Positions 26,669 to 36,905 of a stretch of 64,000 nt of DNA are shown piece after piece. The stretch's first letter is position 1; the number at the start of each line of letters is the position of its first letter. Source of the stretch: Candidatus Woesearchaeota archaeon (GTDB lineage: Archaea > Nanobdellota > Nanobdellia > Woesearchaeales > JACPBV01); contig JACPBV010000005.1 of assembly GCA_016180135.1 (NCBI GenBank), positions 802-64,801 of the forward strand, written 5' to 3'. The position numbers were made by a program, and so were the translations under genes. The notes under the pieces were generated by a model. The model made no database searches. It saw only the letters and a list, made by a program, of their open reading frames with translations, and was not told the origin of the DNA.

Positions 26669-29600
26669 CAGCAAAAAACAAAACAGCACAGGCGCTCTTC
26701 CTCATCACCTTAGTATTGACCCTGCCGTTCTACTCATCCCTGGCGTATGCCTCCCTGAGCAGCCCTTCCGTCAAAGGGGCAGACGGCTTTCCCGGATTTG
26801 TCCGGGGAAATGAGCAGTTTCAGATAAATGTGACAGCCTTCATTGCGCCCAATGAGGTGATAACCCCCAACCAGCTGTCAACAGTTGACGTAAACGGCCC
26901 GCCATTTGACAGCTGCCTCGACATCGGCTCCGGGAATTTCCAGTGCATCAAAGCTTTTGATGCTTCAACCCTGTCGCAAAACCCTTTCACTTTAAACATA
27001 AAGCTCTTCAGAGACGGCGGGTCGCAGGAATCAAACTTATTGGTAAACGGCATTATTGACCAGCTTCCTCCGATAATAAATACATTTGCGATAACCCCCC
27101 AAAAAACATCGTCAGGAAATATCTCGCTGCAGTGGTCTGTCACCGACGTTTCCCACTCCCCAGCTGCCCTCACCCAATGCACCGGCATCAAGAAGGTCGA
27201 ATTTTCATCATCTGAACGGGGAGTGTTCCGCTCAATACCGCTCAACAGCTTCCCGGTCTGCGGGCGGAGCAGGACAGAGAGCATTCCTGTTAGCCTCATC
27301 ACCGGAAGTGATGGGAACATCTCAGTTACCCTGAGGGTTTTTGACGGGGTAAATCTGCAGTCAGCCCAGGAGAGCACCTTCGTGTTTGACACAACTCCCC
27401 CATCCATCGTCGTTGATTCGCTGAAGATTGTTGACAATGCAGGAAATGACCTCAGCTTCCTGACAAACATTTCAGCCCTCTCCTCGATAAAGTTCAAGAT
27501 AAACGCCAATGACCTCAATGTGAGTTCCGTCTCTGCAGACATCTCTTCCCTCAGCACCGATCCCCCTGCTGATTTCAGGAAAAAGCCGGTTGGCTGCATC
27601 AGGTCTGCCTTCGATGAATTTAACTGCTCGATTGCAGGCATACCGGTGAGCATCAGCCAGTCCCTTAATGCCCAGATAATTGTCAACGCATCTGATGCTT
27701 TAGGGAATAAGCAGACAGCGCAGTTGGCAAAGCAGCTGAATTTTGACAATCTTGGCCCGGTTGTTGCCTCCATAACGACAGATTTCCGGAATGCGGCAGA
27801 TGGAAGGAGCTTCGCAGGAAAAAAGACAAATTTCTTTGTCACCCTGGCTGAAGGGGGCGTGGGCGTTGATAAAAATGATGTCAGGCTCGATTTAAGCTCT
27901 GTCAACAGCGCGCTTGCATCTGCATCGCCCGATGAATGTGTTTCTTCCGGAAATGAGATAACCTGCGTCTTTGCAAATATCACCCCAACAGCTTCTGACG
28001 GCGTCAGGCCGATCAGGGTTCTTTCCTCTTCCCGGGACAGGCTTGGGAATCCTGTATCTGGAGCTTTGGAAGAGAATATAACCATAGACACCACCCTGCC
28101 AAAGATTGAGAAGTTTTCCGCCAAAGCGCTGGCAACAGGAACCTCAACGACCTTCCCGCCGTTCCTGAAGACAGGAGATGCGTTTGCCTTTGAGGTGAAT
28201 GTGACGGAGAAAAATGATTTTACGATAAAAGCTGATTTTTCAAACATTGTGACGACAATGCAGGAGCCCGTTGCAGGACAGTGCTCAGTGGCCGCTGTGA
28301 TTTCAGGCCTTGCAGGGCTTGGTGGAAATGTTTCCGTCTGCGCATGGAACACAAACCCTATAGATGTTCAGGGCCCGATAAATTCAAACATCCTCATCAA
28401 TGTGACTGACGCTGCCGGAAACAGCAAGATTGGCTTTGCCAACTTTACCGTCCTCCAGTTTGATGATGCCGAGGTTGTCAACCACTGGACGTCAAGAGTG
28501 GAATGCTCTCCGTCGTTGGTGGACAGGCAGATAACGCCGCTGATCAACGCCAAAGTCTACTGCCAGGTAAGGCTGCAGCCCCTAAGCAATGACCAGGAAG
28601 TGCTGGACATAAAGCTGAATCCCTCCCAGTGCGAGAGCGTTGCCAAAGATTCTTTAGATTTTGTAGATCCAGAAGGGTTTGAGCTGACGAACGGCAACAG
28701 GGGAGCGACTGAGCCTTTCGTCTCTTTCCGGCTTGCAAAAGGCGAGATGGAGATTGACCGATTGGAGTTCAGATGCCCGCTGGAGATCATAACAAGAGCA
28801 GGCCAAACAATCAACAAGAACCCCGAAGTAGAGGAAGTAACGCTGCAGGCAGGGTTCTACAACAATCCTTTAGGCCAATTTGGCGATGAAGTGAAGAAAG
28901 AGATAAAGGATGCCAAGGATATTGCGAATAATATCGGGTTTAAGATTGTGGGGTATTTGAAAGAAATCGTAAAATATGCCACGATGATTTGTAATTTGAT
29001 AGCTACAGTAGAAAAATTATGGTGGGCAATCCATAGTTTTACCAAAGGGATGACCACTGCTCACCTTGCCGCTGTTGGTCCTGCAGAAGTTGCCTTGGGC
29101 CAATATGCTTACCAAGGATGTGTTCAAGATCAATTTATTCAGAAATATAATGAAAATCTCTATACGGGATTTAGTTCATTCTGCAAATATGTAAACTGCC
29201 AATACAGCCCGGCTTCCCCTCAGGATCCTTCCAAAGGGGGCCAGATTACCAGTGAAAAGACAAAAATGGGCAAGATTCATGACTTTTTCAATTCCTGGCA
29301 GACCAAAGGAAATAACTTCTTTGGCAAAATAAGCCCTGCGACAGAAACAACGACAACCATCTCCCTTTTAGGCACTAATCTTATAGGCAGAAAAGGCACC
29401 GATAGTAAATTCCGTGACTGCAAAACAATTGAGGAATGCTCAGGTAAGCAGCCAAGCCAGTATATGAATGCGAGAGACAATCTTGGAGTTGCCCTTATGA
29501 CAGGCTGCATCCCGGGAATTATTAACGGGTTGGATAATATTCGCCAATTGTTCTGCCTCAAAGCTGACTGCCTCCAGGATAATGCAAGAAACAATGTTCC

Positions 29601-29949
29601 AATAAAGGAGTGCAATGACCAGTTCTGGTATGCAACATGCAAATATATCATTGGCGAGGTATTTTCATTTTTCCCGCCGTTCGCGTTTTTTTTCAGATAT
29701 GTAGGATACATCACAGAGGCATTGAGCGACCCCATAACGGCAGTATTCACCTTGTTAAACATCTTTTTCCAGCCATGCCAGGTTGAGTGCAAGCCAGATA
29801 AAGGTGGTTCTGTTGGATGGGTGCAATGGAGTTGGTTTTGCGGGAGCCTTCAGGTAGCAACCTACATCGGTGAGATTATCAACGACGTCCAGGGAATTAT
29901 TGATACTTTCAAAGATGAAAAGATAGATTACTGCGAGAGGATTGATTGA
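26665..29949 (+). CDS. giant secreted surface protein B (Ig-like repeats, Cys-rich C-terminal region)
   Basis: A 1094-aa ORF with signal peptide 'ALFLITLVLTLPFYSSLAYA'. It aligns with the 10288 protein. Confidence 0.8.
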   Translation: MTAKNKTAQALFLITLVLTLPFYSSLAYASLSSPSVKGADGFPGFVRGNEQFQINVTAFIAPNEVITPNQLSTVDVNGPPFDSCLDIGSGNFQCIKAFDASTLSQNPFTLNIKLFRDGGSQESNLLVNGIIDQLPPIINTFAITPQKTSSGNISLQWSVTDVSHSPAALTQCTGIKKVEFSSSERGVFRSIPLNSFPVCGRSRTESIPVSLITGSDGNISVTLRVFDGVNLQSAQESTFVFDTTPPSIVVDSLKIVDNAGNDLSFLTNISALSSIKFKINANDLNVSSVSADISSLSTDPPADFRKKPVGCIRSAFDEFNCSIAGIPVSISQSLNAQIIVNASDALGNKQTAQLAKQLNFDNLGPVVASITTDFRNAADGRSFAGKKTNFFVTLAEGGVGVDKNDVRLDLSSVNSALASASPDECVSSGNEITCVFANITPTASDGVRPIRVLSSSRDRLGNPVSGALEENITIDTTLPKIEKFSAKALATGTSTTFPPFLKTGDAFAFEVNVTEKNDFTIKADFSNIVTTMQEPVAGQCSVAAVISGLAGLGGNVSVCAWNTNPIDVQGPINSNILINVTDAAGNSKIGFANFTVLQFDDAEVVNHWTSRVECSPSLVDRQITPLINAKVYCQVRLQPLSNDQEVLDIKLNPSQCESVAKDSLDFVDPEGFELTNGNRGATEPFVSFRLAKGEMEIDRLEFRCPLEIITRAGQTINKNPEVEEVTLQAGFYNNPLGQFGDEVKKEIKDAKDIANNIGFKIVGYLKEIVKYATMICNLIATVEKLWWAIHSFTKGMTTAHLAAVGPAEVALGQYAYQGCVQDQFIQKYNENLYTGFSSFCKYVNCQYSPASPQDPSKGGQITSEKTKMGKIHDFFNSWQTKGNNFFGKISPATETTTTISLLGTNLIGRKGTDSKFRDCKTIEECSGKQPSQYMNARDNLGVALMTGCIPGIINGLDNIRQLFCLKADCLQDNARNNVPIKECNDQFWYATCKYIIGEVFSFFPPFAFFFRYVGYITEALSDPITAVFTLLNIFFQPCQVECKPDKGGSVGWVQWSWFCGSLQVATYIGEIINDVQGIIDTFKDEKIDYCERID

Positions 29950-30988
29950 AATGGTTAAATCAGCCAAATCAGTAAAGCTCCCAGGAATCGCAGCAGTGTC
30001 AGCAGGGATTCTCAACGAAATAAAAGGAATTATCTCGAATGCCCGCCATCGGGCGTTCAATGCATTGAACCGGGAAATGCTTACTGCTTATTTCGAAGTT
30101 GGCAGGAAGATATTTGAAGAAGAGCAGAAAGGGGAGAAAAGAGCAGGGTATGGTGAAAAGCTTATTGAAAACTTGTCTGTGGAATTGATTAAAGAGTTTG
30201 GAAAAGGATTTAGTATAACTGCTTTGAAGAATATGAGGATGTTCTTTACTGTTTATAAAGATAAGATTGGTCAGCCAGTGACTGACGAATTCTTCAGGCT
30301 GTCATGGACCCATTATTGTGAACTAATCAAGATTAAAGATGAGATAAAGAGGGGATATTTTGAAAAATACGCCATATCTGAAAACTTAAGCGTAAGGGCC
30401 TTAAAAAGGCAGATGTATTCTCTCCATTATGAAAGGCTGTTGATGAGTAAAGATAAAAAAGCTTTGATAAAGTATGAAAAAAGAGGGAATATCCCTGCAA
30501 CAACAGAGGAGCTTATCAAAGACCCTTATGTCCTTGAATTTCTTGATCTAGGCGAGAAAAAAGCTTATACTGAAAAAGATATTGAGGCCAGGATATTGGA
30601 TGACTTGCAAAAGTTTTTGCTGGAACTGGGGCAGGGATTCAGTTTTGTTGCGAGGCAAAAGAGGTTTACCATTGACAACGATCATTTTTACATTGATTTG
30701 CTTTTTTATAATATTTATTTAAAATGCTATGTGGTGATTGAGTTAAAAGTCGGCAAATTTAGGCATGAGGATGCAGGGCAGATGAACTTTTACCTAAATT
30801 ATGTCAAAGAAGAGTTGAATAAAGAAAAGGATAATGATCCTGTCGGCATAATACTATGCACTGAAAAAGACAAAGTGCAGGTAGAATTTGCATTATCCGG
30901 CATCTCCAATAAGCTCTACGTTTCAAAATATAAATTATACCTTCCGAGCAGGGAAGAATTAGAGAAGGAAATAAAGAGGCTGCTTTAA
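29942..30988 (+). CDS. DUF1016 / YhcG-family PDDEXK nuclease domain protein, copy 1
   Basis: Contains 'IDLLFYNIYLKCYVVIELKVGKFRHEDAGQMNFYLNYV', the typical YhcG core. It overlaps the stop of the upstream giant gene by 8 nt. Confidence 0.8.
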   Translation: MIEMVKSAKSVKLPGIAAVSAGILNEIKGIISNARHRAFNALNREMLTAYFEVGRKIFEEEQKGEKRAGYGEKLIENLSVELIKEFGKGFSITALKNMRMFFTVYKDKIGQPVTDEFFRLSWTHYCELIKIKDEIKRGYFEKYAISENLSVRALKRQMYSLHYERLLMSKDKKALIKYEKRGNIPATTEELIKDPYVLEFLDLGEKKAYTEKDIEARILDDLQKFLLELGQGFSFVARQKRFTIDNDHFYIDLLFYNIYLKCYVVIELKVGKFRHEDAGQMNFYLNYVKEELNKEKDNDPVGIILCTEKDKVQVEFALSGISNKLYVSKYKLYLPSREELEKEIKRLL

Positions 30989-31037
30989 CATGCCCCGCCG
31001 CACAAAAGGCCACAGGCATACCCCAGGCATGCAGAAC

Positions 31038-31220
31038 ATGAAAACAAACAAATCAGCCAGGATTTCAGGAATCGTAATATTGTTTGCAGTTATAAGCCTG
31101 TTTGTGTTTGCCTTCTTCACAGCCCAGCTCCCGGAAGGCATGAAGCCGCTGGTTGAGGTCAGCATGAACGGTCCTGAGTCGGTGACGGGAGCGGCGGTTG
31201 GGGTGACGGGGATAAAATGA
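31038..31220 (+). pseudogene. 5' fragment copy of the 32536 surface gene (signal-anchor segment only), or a small expressed membrane peptide
   Basis: 'MKTNKSARISGIVILFAVISLFVFAFFTAQLPEGMKPLVEVSMNGPESVTGAAVGVTG' parallels residues 1-69 of the 32536 protein. It ends in an ATGA overlap with the next gene. Confidence 0.5.
31050..31212 (+). repeat. direct repeat copy 1 of the 5' coding segment of gene D
   Basis: Aligns with 32557-32719 without gaps, at about 88 percent identity by eye. Confidence 0.8.
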
Positions 31221-32539
31221 ATAAAAAGACATTCAAAGAAACAGAACTCCTGGAATTAAAAAAATCAACCTCTGAGTTAAAGGAAGCTATAATCTCCATG
31301 GCCTCTATCTTAAACAAGCATCAGAAAGGAGAAATCTACTTTGGCATAAAGAATAACGGCGAAATTGCAGGCCAGGATATCTCAGGAAAAACAATAAGAG
31401 AAGTGTCTAAATCTGTTTCGGATAATATTGAGCCTAAAATTTATCCTAAAATCAAAGATGTCTTAATTGATGGCAGGAAATGCGTGCATGTTGAATTTAA
31501 TGGCAATGATATCCCTTACTATGCATTCGGGAGGGCCTACATGAGAGTGGGTGATGAGGACAAGAAAGTAAGCGCCAAAGAATTGGAGAAAATGATTGTA
31601 GAAAAAAATAAAGATGAGTTAGCATGGGACAAAGCAGTATGCAAAGGCGCAAAAACAAGTGATATAAGCCTGCAAAAACTGAAAGTATTCCTCAAACAGG
31701 CAGCCTTGAAATTTGATTCCGCAGAAAATTCGCTTAAGAAGCTTAACCTGATAAAGGGCAGCAGCCTTATCAATTCGGCGCTGATACTATTCGCAAAAAA
31801 TCCTGAGAAATTTTTCCCAAATGCAAAATTGCGATGTGCCGTTTTTGGCACAGACGATGCCTCTTTTATCATTGATATGCAGGAATTTGAAGGTGATTTG
31901 TTCTATCTGATTGAAAAGGCGCAGGAGTACATACTTAAAAATATACACATAGGTATGAGGATTGATGGATTGTACAGGGTTGATGTTCCGGAGATAGACA
32001 AAGAAGCATTTAGGGAGGCAATAGTTAACGCTTTTTGCCATAGGGATTACCACAACTATGACTCCGTAAATATTGCAATATTCAGGGGCAGGATGGAGAT
32101 AAGGAGCCCGGGGTTATTGTATGGGGGGCTTACCATAGAAAAGATCATATCAGGAGCCGTTTCTGAGAGGCGGAATGAAATAATCGCAGAAATGTTTCAT
32201 AAAGTCCATTTTGTCGAAAAGTGGGGAAGGGGGATTAATTTGATTCTTTCCAAGGAGCCGGATGCTGATTTTAAGGAATCAGGCAGGCATTTCGTTGTAG
32301 TTTTCAAGAGGAAAGAAAAAAGCTACGAAGTGAAAAGTTCGGAGAAGAGTTCGGAGAAAAGTTCGGTGAAGATTTTAGAGTTGATAAGGGAAAATCAGAG
32401 TATAACCGTCCGGGAAATTGCAAAAGAATTGAACATAACTGCAAGGGCAGTGGAAAAGAGCATCTCAAAATTAAAGCTAAAAGGCTTGCTTAAAAGAATC
32501 GGCCCGGACAAAGGGGGGCGCTGGGAGATCATCAAATGA
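31217..32539 (+). CDS. COG2865-type protein (AlbA_2/Schlafen-like DNA-binding domain + HATPase_c_4-like domain + winged HTH)
   Basis: Contains 'ETELLELKKS', 'GEIYFGIKNNGEIAG', 'NAFCHRDY', 'EIRSPGLL' and 'VEKWGRGINLI'. The C-terminal HTH is 'SITVREIAKELNITARAVEKSISKLK'. Confidence 0.8.
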   Translation: MNKKTFKETELLELKKSTSELKEAIISMASILNKHQKGEIYFGIKNNGEIAGQDISGKTIREVSKSVSDNIEPKIYPKIKDVLIDGRKCVHVEFNGNDIPYYAFGRAYMRVGDEDKKVSAKELEKMIVEKNKDELAWDKAVCKGAKTSDISLQKLKVFLKQAALKFDSAENSLKKLNLIKGSSLINSALILFAKNPEKFFPNAKLRCAVFGTDDASFIIDMQEFEGDLFYLIEKAQEYILKNIHIGMRIDGLYRVDVPEIDKEAFREAIVNAFCHRDYHNYDSVNIAIFRGRMEIRSPGLLYGGLTIEKIISGAVSERRNEIIAEMFHKVHFVEKWGRGINLILSKEPDADFKESGRHFVVVFKRKEKSYEVKSSEKSSEKSSVKILELIRENQSITVREIAKELNITARAVEKSISKLKLKGLLKRIGPDKGGRWEIIK

Positions 32540-35500
32540 AAAAGCTCAACAATTTCAAATCAGCAAAGATGTCAGGAATCGCAATAGTGTTTGCAGTGAT
32601 AAGCCTGTTTGTGTTTGCCTTCTTTACCGCACAGCTCCCGGAAGGGATGAAGCCGCTGGTTAAGGTTAGCATGAACGGGCCTGAGTCAGTGACTGGGGCA
32701 GTGGTTGGAGTCACGGGGATGGCAGTAGAAACTTATACTCTTCCTACAAAAGAGGGGGTGGGTAAAAGTAAAGATATTGCACCTGGCAAGTATTACATTG
32801 AAAGCAAAGGCAGTATAGGTGAAACCAAACCTGCTCAGGTTCTCTTTGATTATACAGGCACCTTAACCCCCGGCACCTACACAGTTGTGCAGCGAAGCTC
32901 GGATGGAAGGGAATTTACAGCAAAAGATATTAAAGTTGAAGATGGAAATAAAATCACCGTTATTAGGACAGGTAGAGGAGATTGGGTAGAGGGGGGAGAT
33001 GGGTCATCAACATACAAATCGAGCACTATAATGCTCGATAAGAAGGGTAAAGTAACAACAGATCCGGTTTTAATGGTTAGCCTTCTCCAAATCCCGGAAA
33101 GTATAGGGCCAAAAACAAACAAAGAGATAACAGAAAATAATCCCCAAATATTAACCTCAAAAGAAGATTTTTCCAGCCGCAATGCGGTTTATTTTAAAGA
33201 TGATGGCAATAAAATAGATGCCCCCACTAATAGTGGGACAAGTAAGGGTACTTATTACGGAACCAGCATATTCAAGTTTGATGGGCAAGATTACTATGTG
33301 ACAACAAAATATGAGGATGGTGAGGATAACAACAAAGCAGTGAGATATATTAGCGAAAACCCCCCTTCTCCAGCAACTGGATGGGGAACAGAGATAAAAG
33401 GATATGATGCCAAGACAGGCATCGGTAGATTAGATTCCAATGTTGGCAGTTTGAAAAAAGGGAAAGTTGATGTTTCTTGGCGGGGCTTTGACAACGGTGT
33501 GCCAACTAAATTTTCAAATATAAATTCCAACACAATGCAGTCTAACAATAATGGATTATACCTTAGTAGTAAGGAAGGCAGCCTATGGAGCGCAAATCAG
33601 CCATCAAATCCAGAATCGGGGGATATTTCTTACGGAACTTCCATTTATACTAAAGATGGACAAGAGTATTATGTTACTCAGAAGTATAAGTATGTAGTTA
33701 GTGGAAAAAGTGAAAGTTGGGAAGCCGTCAAAGATGAGGTTTACCTTGCAAAAACACCTCCAAACAATAAGGATGAAATAGAAAAAGGCGCGAGAGGAAC
33801 AATCGAAGGCAACAATATCAAGATTACCGCCGCAGGTGAAGGATTAAAGGTTGGTGATGACTTTGATGTAAGGCCTCAAAATTCTAAATATGGTGCAACA
33901 GAAAAAGAGGAAGATGCTCTTAGGCGTGAGTTTAAAGGTACTAATGAGGAATTTGCAGCGATGCTATCTTCCCTCGAAAGTTCGACTGCAATAGGCGCAA
34001 CATCAACTTCTTCCGCCGCATCAAGTTCTGCAGGGACCAAAGAAGTAAGAAGACCAATCTTCTTCAGGGGAAAATGGTTTGTTTTTGACTTTTCAGGTAA
34101 AAAGCCCATAGAGTTTCCTGATGACGAGGAAGCCAAAAATTATGCCGCAAAGATTAACAAAGCTATAGAACGAGGACTTAAACCCTCAGAATTCACCTCC
34201 GATAAAGAGGGAAAAAATGATTTATTTGCAAGTTCTTCAGGAACGCTTCTTTCTTACGACGACTCGAAAAAAGATTTCTCTAATCCCCCCGCTGGTACGG
34301 AATTTTGGAAAAAGGAAACACTTGGGGCAAACCTCGAGGTAAACGTAAGGCACGCCAATGTTGGCGGCGCACCATCTGGCGAAATTTATGGCGCCATTGG
34401 TAAGTTTAATATTGATATTCCAGCGCTCCAAAGCATCAAAAAGAACGTTAAACCGGGAACTACCGTTACCTTTGATAAAAATACAAAAACTTTTTCATTC
34501 ATTAATCCAAAAGAACAATCTGTGCAGGAAATATTTTCTGCCAGTTATAATGTTGAACCTGATACTGCCCACCCCAATACGCCGCCAAAAGTTACAGGAA
34601 CTAGGACTCAAACAACCACAGTAGATTATTACTTTGACCAATATGGGAGCCAAATAACCCGTGCAGCACATATCAAATTGGCCTATGAAGGTAATCCTGG
34701 CCAGGAAATTAAAGTGCCCGAATCAAACATTTTTTCGAGGAACGAAATATTCAAGGGAATTACGGTTTTAAACAATCTAGATATTAAACAGCAACGGACT
34801 GAGTTTGTTTTTACTCCCGAAAGTGATGGAACGCAAACCATCTCTGGATTCAAAACAACGTCATTTGCGTATGACTCCAATAAGGGAACTTTAGCAGGAA
34901 TAGTGCTTTCTACAGGGGAATTAAATAATCAAGTTCAGGAAACGGTGGTTTATGATATGGAAAAAGGAACTGTTACGAAAACAAAGGAACGGGGTATTGA
35001 ATCTGTCTATCTTGTGCCTACGCCTACCGAGGATATTAATAGTCTTAATGGTCTCGAAGAAGAAGCTGCACGGGTCGGCAACCGTGAGCACAACCGTAAA
35101 GCTTTTGCAGATTGGGAACTTAAGCTCACCCAATACCGGGGCTTATCTGGGTTTTCTCAGCTTTTCTTCGATGATGAAACTCTTGCAAAATGGCGTGAAA
35201 ATGTAGATAAATACTTTGCCAAATATTTAGGCCAAGACTATTTTGAATCTTATATCTGCTCACTCGCAATAGACAAAGAATCCGGACCTGGCACACTCTC
35301 GATGGAAACCCCAAATGGATTATATGACATCATCGCCCACATCGAAGGCACAAGGTCAGAGCCAATAAATCGCCCAGACGGCACAACAGAATTCGTCTAC
35401 AAATTCACCTACAATATCAGGAATCCAGAAGGCTCGCCCCATAAGAACTTATTATTCAACATTGCGCTCTACAGCGCTCAGGGAAAGAGATACCTTTACC

Positions 35501-35799
35501 CAAGATCCCTCGCTGTAAAAGAAGGGAAGCATTTCATCAGGGGCTTAGTCCTTAATGAAGCCAATGCAGACAAAGACTTTGAAAGAGGCCCTGTCGTCAA
35601 AGTCTCCCAAAACTTATACGGAAAGCTCTGCATCGAATTCGGCCAAACAATAACCAACGCTGAAGGGGACGAAGAATCGCAGGTCTGCAACACTATTACT
35701 GCATTTACCGGAACAGGAACTGAGTTTGAGGAGCGCACATCGGAAGAAGCCAAGCAAACACCTCAGGGCCCGAAGGACTTCAGCGAGGGGGAGATATGA
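32536..35799 (+). CDS. large membrane-anchored surface protein D
   Basis: A 1087-aa ORF with an N-terminal signal anchor. It has repeated 'YGTSI(F/Y)..DGQ(D/E)YYVT' segments. Its C-terminal region, with 'YFESYICSL', is related to the other giant proteins. Confidence 0.8.
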   Translation: MKKLNNFKSAKMSGIAIVFAVISLFVFAFFTAQLPEGMKPLVKVSMNGPESVTGAVVGVTGMAVETYTLPTKEGVGKSKDIAPGKYYIESKGSIGETKPAQVLFDYTGTLTPGTYTVVQRSSDGREFTAKDIKVEDGNKITVIRTGRGDWVEGGDGSSTYKSSTIMLDKKGKVTTDPVLMVSLLQIPESIGPKTNKEITENNPQILTSKEDFSSRNAVYFKDDGNKIDAPTNSGTSKGTYYGTSIFKFDGQDYYVTTKYEDGEDNNKAVRYISENPPSPATGWGTEIKGYDAKTGIGRLDSNVGSLKKGKVDVSWRGFDNGVPTKFSNINSNTMQSNNNGLYLSSKEGSLWSANQPSNPESGDISYGTSIYTKDGQEYYVTQKYKYVVSGKSESWEAVKDEVYLAKTPPNNKDEIEKGARGTIEGNNIKITAAGEGLKVGDDFDVRPQNSKYGATEKEEDALRREFKGTNEEFAAMLSSLESSTAIGATSTSSAASSSAGTKEVRRPIFFRGKWFVFDFSGKKPIEFPDDEEAKNYAAKINKAIERGLKPSEFTSDKEGKNDLFASSSGTLLSYDDSKKDFSNPPAGTEFWKKETLGANLEVNVRHANVGGAPSGEIYGAIGKFNIDIPALQSIKKNVKPGTTVTFDKNTKTFSFINPKEQSVQEIFSASYNVEPDTAHPNTPPKVTGTRTQTTTVDYYFDQYGSQITRAAHIKLAYEGNPGQEIKVPESNIFSRNEIFKGITVLNNLDIKQQRTEFVFTPESDGTQTISGFKTTSFAYDSNKGTLAGIVLSTGELNNQVQETVVYDMEKGTVTKTKERGIESVYLVPTPTEDINSLNGLEEEAARVGNREHNRKAFADWELKLTQYRGLSGFSQLFFDDETLAKWRENVDKYFAKYLGQDYFESYICSLAIDKESGPGTLSMETPNGLYDIIAHIEGTRSEPINRPDGTTEFVYKFTYNIRNPEGSPHKNLLFNIALYSAQGKRYLYPRSLAVKEGKHFIRGLVLNEANADKDFERGPVVKVSQNLYGKLCIEFGQTITNAEGDEESQVCNTITAFTGTGTEFEERTSEEAKQTPQGPKDFSEGEI
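32557..32719 (+). repeat. direct repeat copy 2 (inside intact gene D)
   Basis: Aligns with 31050-31212. Confidence 0.8.
35329..35799 (+). repeat. direct repeat copy 1 of the 3' coding segment of gene D
   Basis: Aligns with 36906-37469, except for the 93-nt insertion in copy 2. Confidence 0.85.
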
Positions 35800-36794
35800 A
35801 AAAAGAGATTGAAAGCCAACGAAGTGAATTAATTAATAAAATCTCAGAAATTGTCAAGAGAGCCAAAGATGAATTAGCTAAAACGATAAATACAAAGATG
35901 GTCGCTGCTTATTGGGCCATCGGCAGATATATTGTTGAGCATGAGCAAACGGGCAAAGAAAGAGCTGAATATGGCTCTGAACTTATGAGTGCCTTATCGA
36001 AAGAGCTTTCCTTAAGGTTTGGAAGAGGATTTTCCCGTTCAAATCTTCAGAATATGCGGCTTTTGTATTTGGCATATCCAAAAAGCCAGACACTGTCTGG
36101 CAAATTGAGCTGGAGCCATTATTGCCTGTTGATTTCTCTTGAAGAAAGGGCAAAAAGAGATTTTTATGAAAAAGAAACCCTGCAAAACAATTACTCATTC
36201 AGGGAGCTCAAAAGGCAGATAAGCTCAGCATTATATGAGCGGCTGGCATTGAGCAGGGATAAACATGGGGTTTTGCAGCTGTCCAAAAAAGGCAATGTTA
36301 TCACGAGTGCTGAAGATATGATAAAAGATCCATACGTGCTTGAATTTCTAGGGCTGCCGGAGTCTGAGAAGCTTTCTGAAAAGGGGTTAGAGGGATCTAT
36401 AATAAAGCACTTAAGGGATTTTCTCCTTGAGCTTGGCAGAGGATTTGGCTTTTTTGGCAGGCAGTATCGGATCACCATGAACAATGAGCACCATTATGTC
36501 GACCTCGTGTTCTACCATGTTGAATTAAAGTGCTTCGTATTAATTGACTTGAAAGTGAGAGAATTCAGGCATGAAGACGCCGGGCAGATGAATTTCTACC
36601 TCAATTATTTTAGGAATGAGGTAAACAGCAGGGATGATAACCAGCCAATCGGAATCATTTTATGCCTTGAAAAGAATAAAGTTTATGTTGATTATGTATT
36701 GGGCGGATTAAGCAATAAAATATTCGCATCCAAATACCAGCTGAAGCTGCCGACACCAAAAGAGCTTGCAGAAGAGGTCAAAAAGGAAATGTAG
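35796..36794 (+). CDS. DUF1016 / YhcG-family PDDEXK nuclease domain protein, copy 2
   Basis: Contains 'VDLVFYHVELKCFVLIDLKVREFRHEDAGQMNFYLNYF'. By eye it is roughly 45 percent identical to copy 1. An ATGA overlap links it to the stop of gene D. Confidence 0.8.
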   Translation: MKKEIESQRSELINKISEIVKRAKDELAKTINTKMVAAYWAIGRYIVEHEQTGKERAEYGSELMSALSKELSLRFGRGFSRSNLQNMRLLYLAYPKSQTLSGKLSWSHYCLLISLEERAKRDFYEKETLQNNYSFRELKRQISSALYERLALSRDKHGVLQLSKKGNVITSAEDMIKDPYVLEFLGLPESEKLSEKGLEGSIIKHLRDFLLELGRGFGFFGRQYRITMNNEHHYVDLVFYHVELKCFVLIDLKVREFRHEDAGQMNFYLNYFRNEVNSRDDNQPIGIILCLEKNKVYVDYVLGGLSNKIFASKYQLKLPTPKELAEEVKKEM

Positions 36795-36905
36795 TATACC
36801 CGATAACCAAGAAAAATCAATTAATAGATTAATGGAAAAAAAATGCGCCATAAAACACTGAAGTCGGGACAAAAAACCATGGCAACCCACAACACTCCCT
36901 TCCCC

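Noticed and set aside
26820-28352. A 510-aa antisense ORF inside giant gene B.
   Set aside because: Its sequence is Ser/Thr/Phe/Pro-rich and low-complexity, with no recognisable motifs. The sense-strand protein has clear paralogs and a signal peptide. Long antisense frames are expected opposite long genes with this codon usage.
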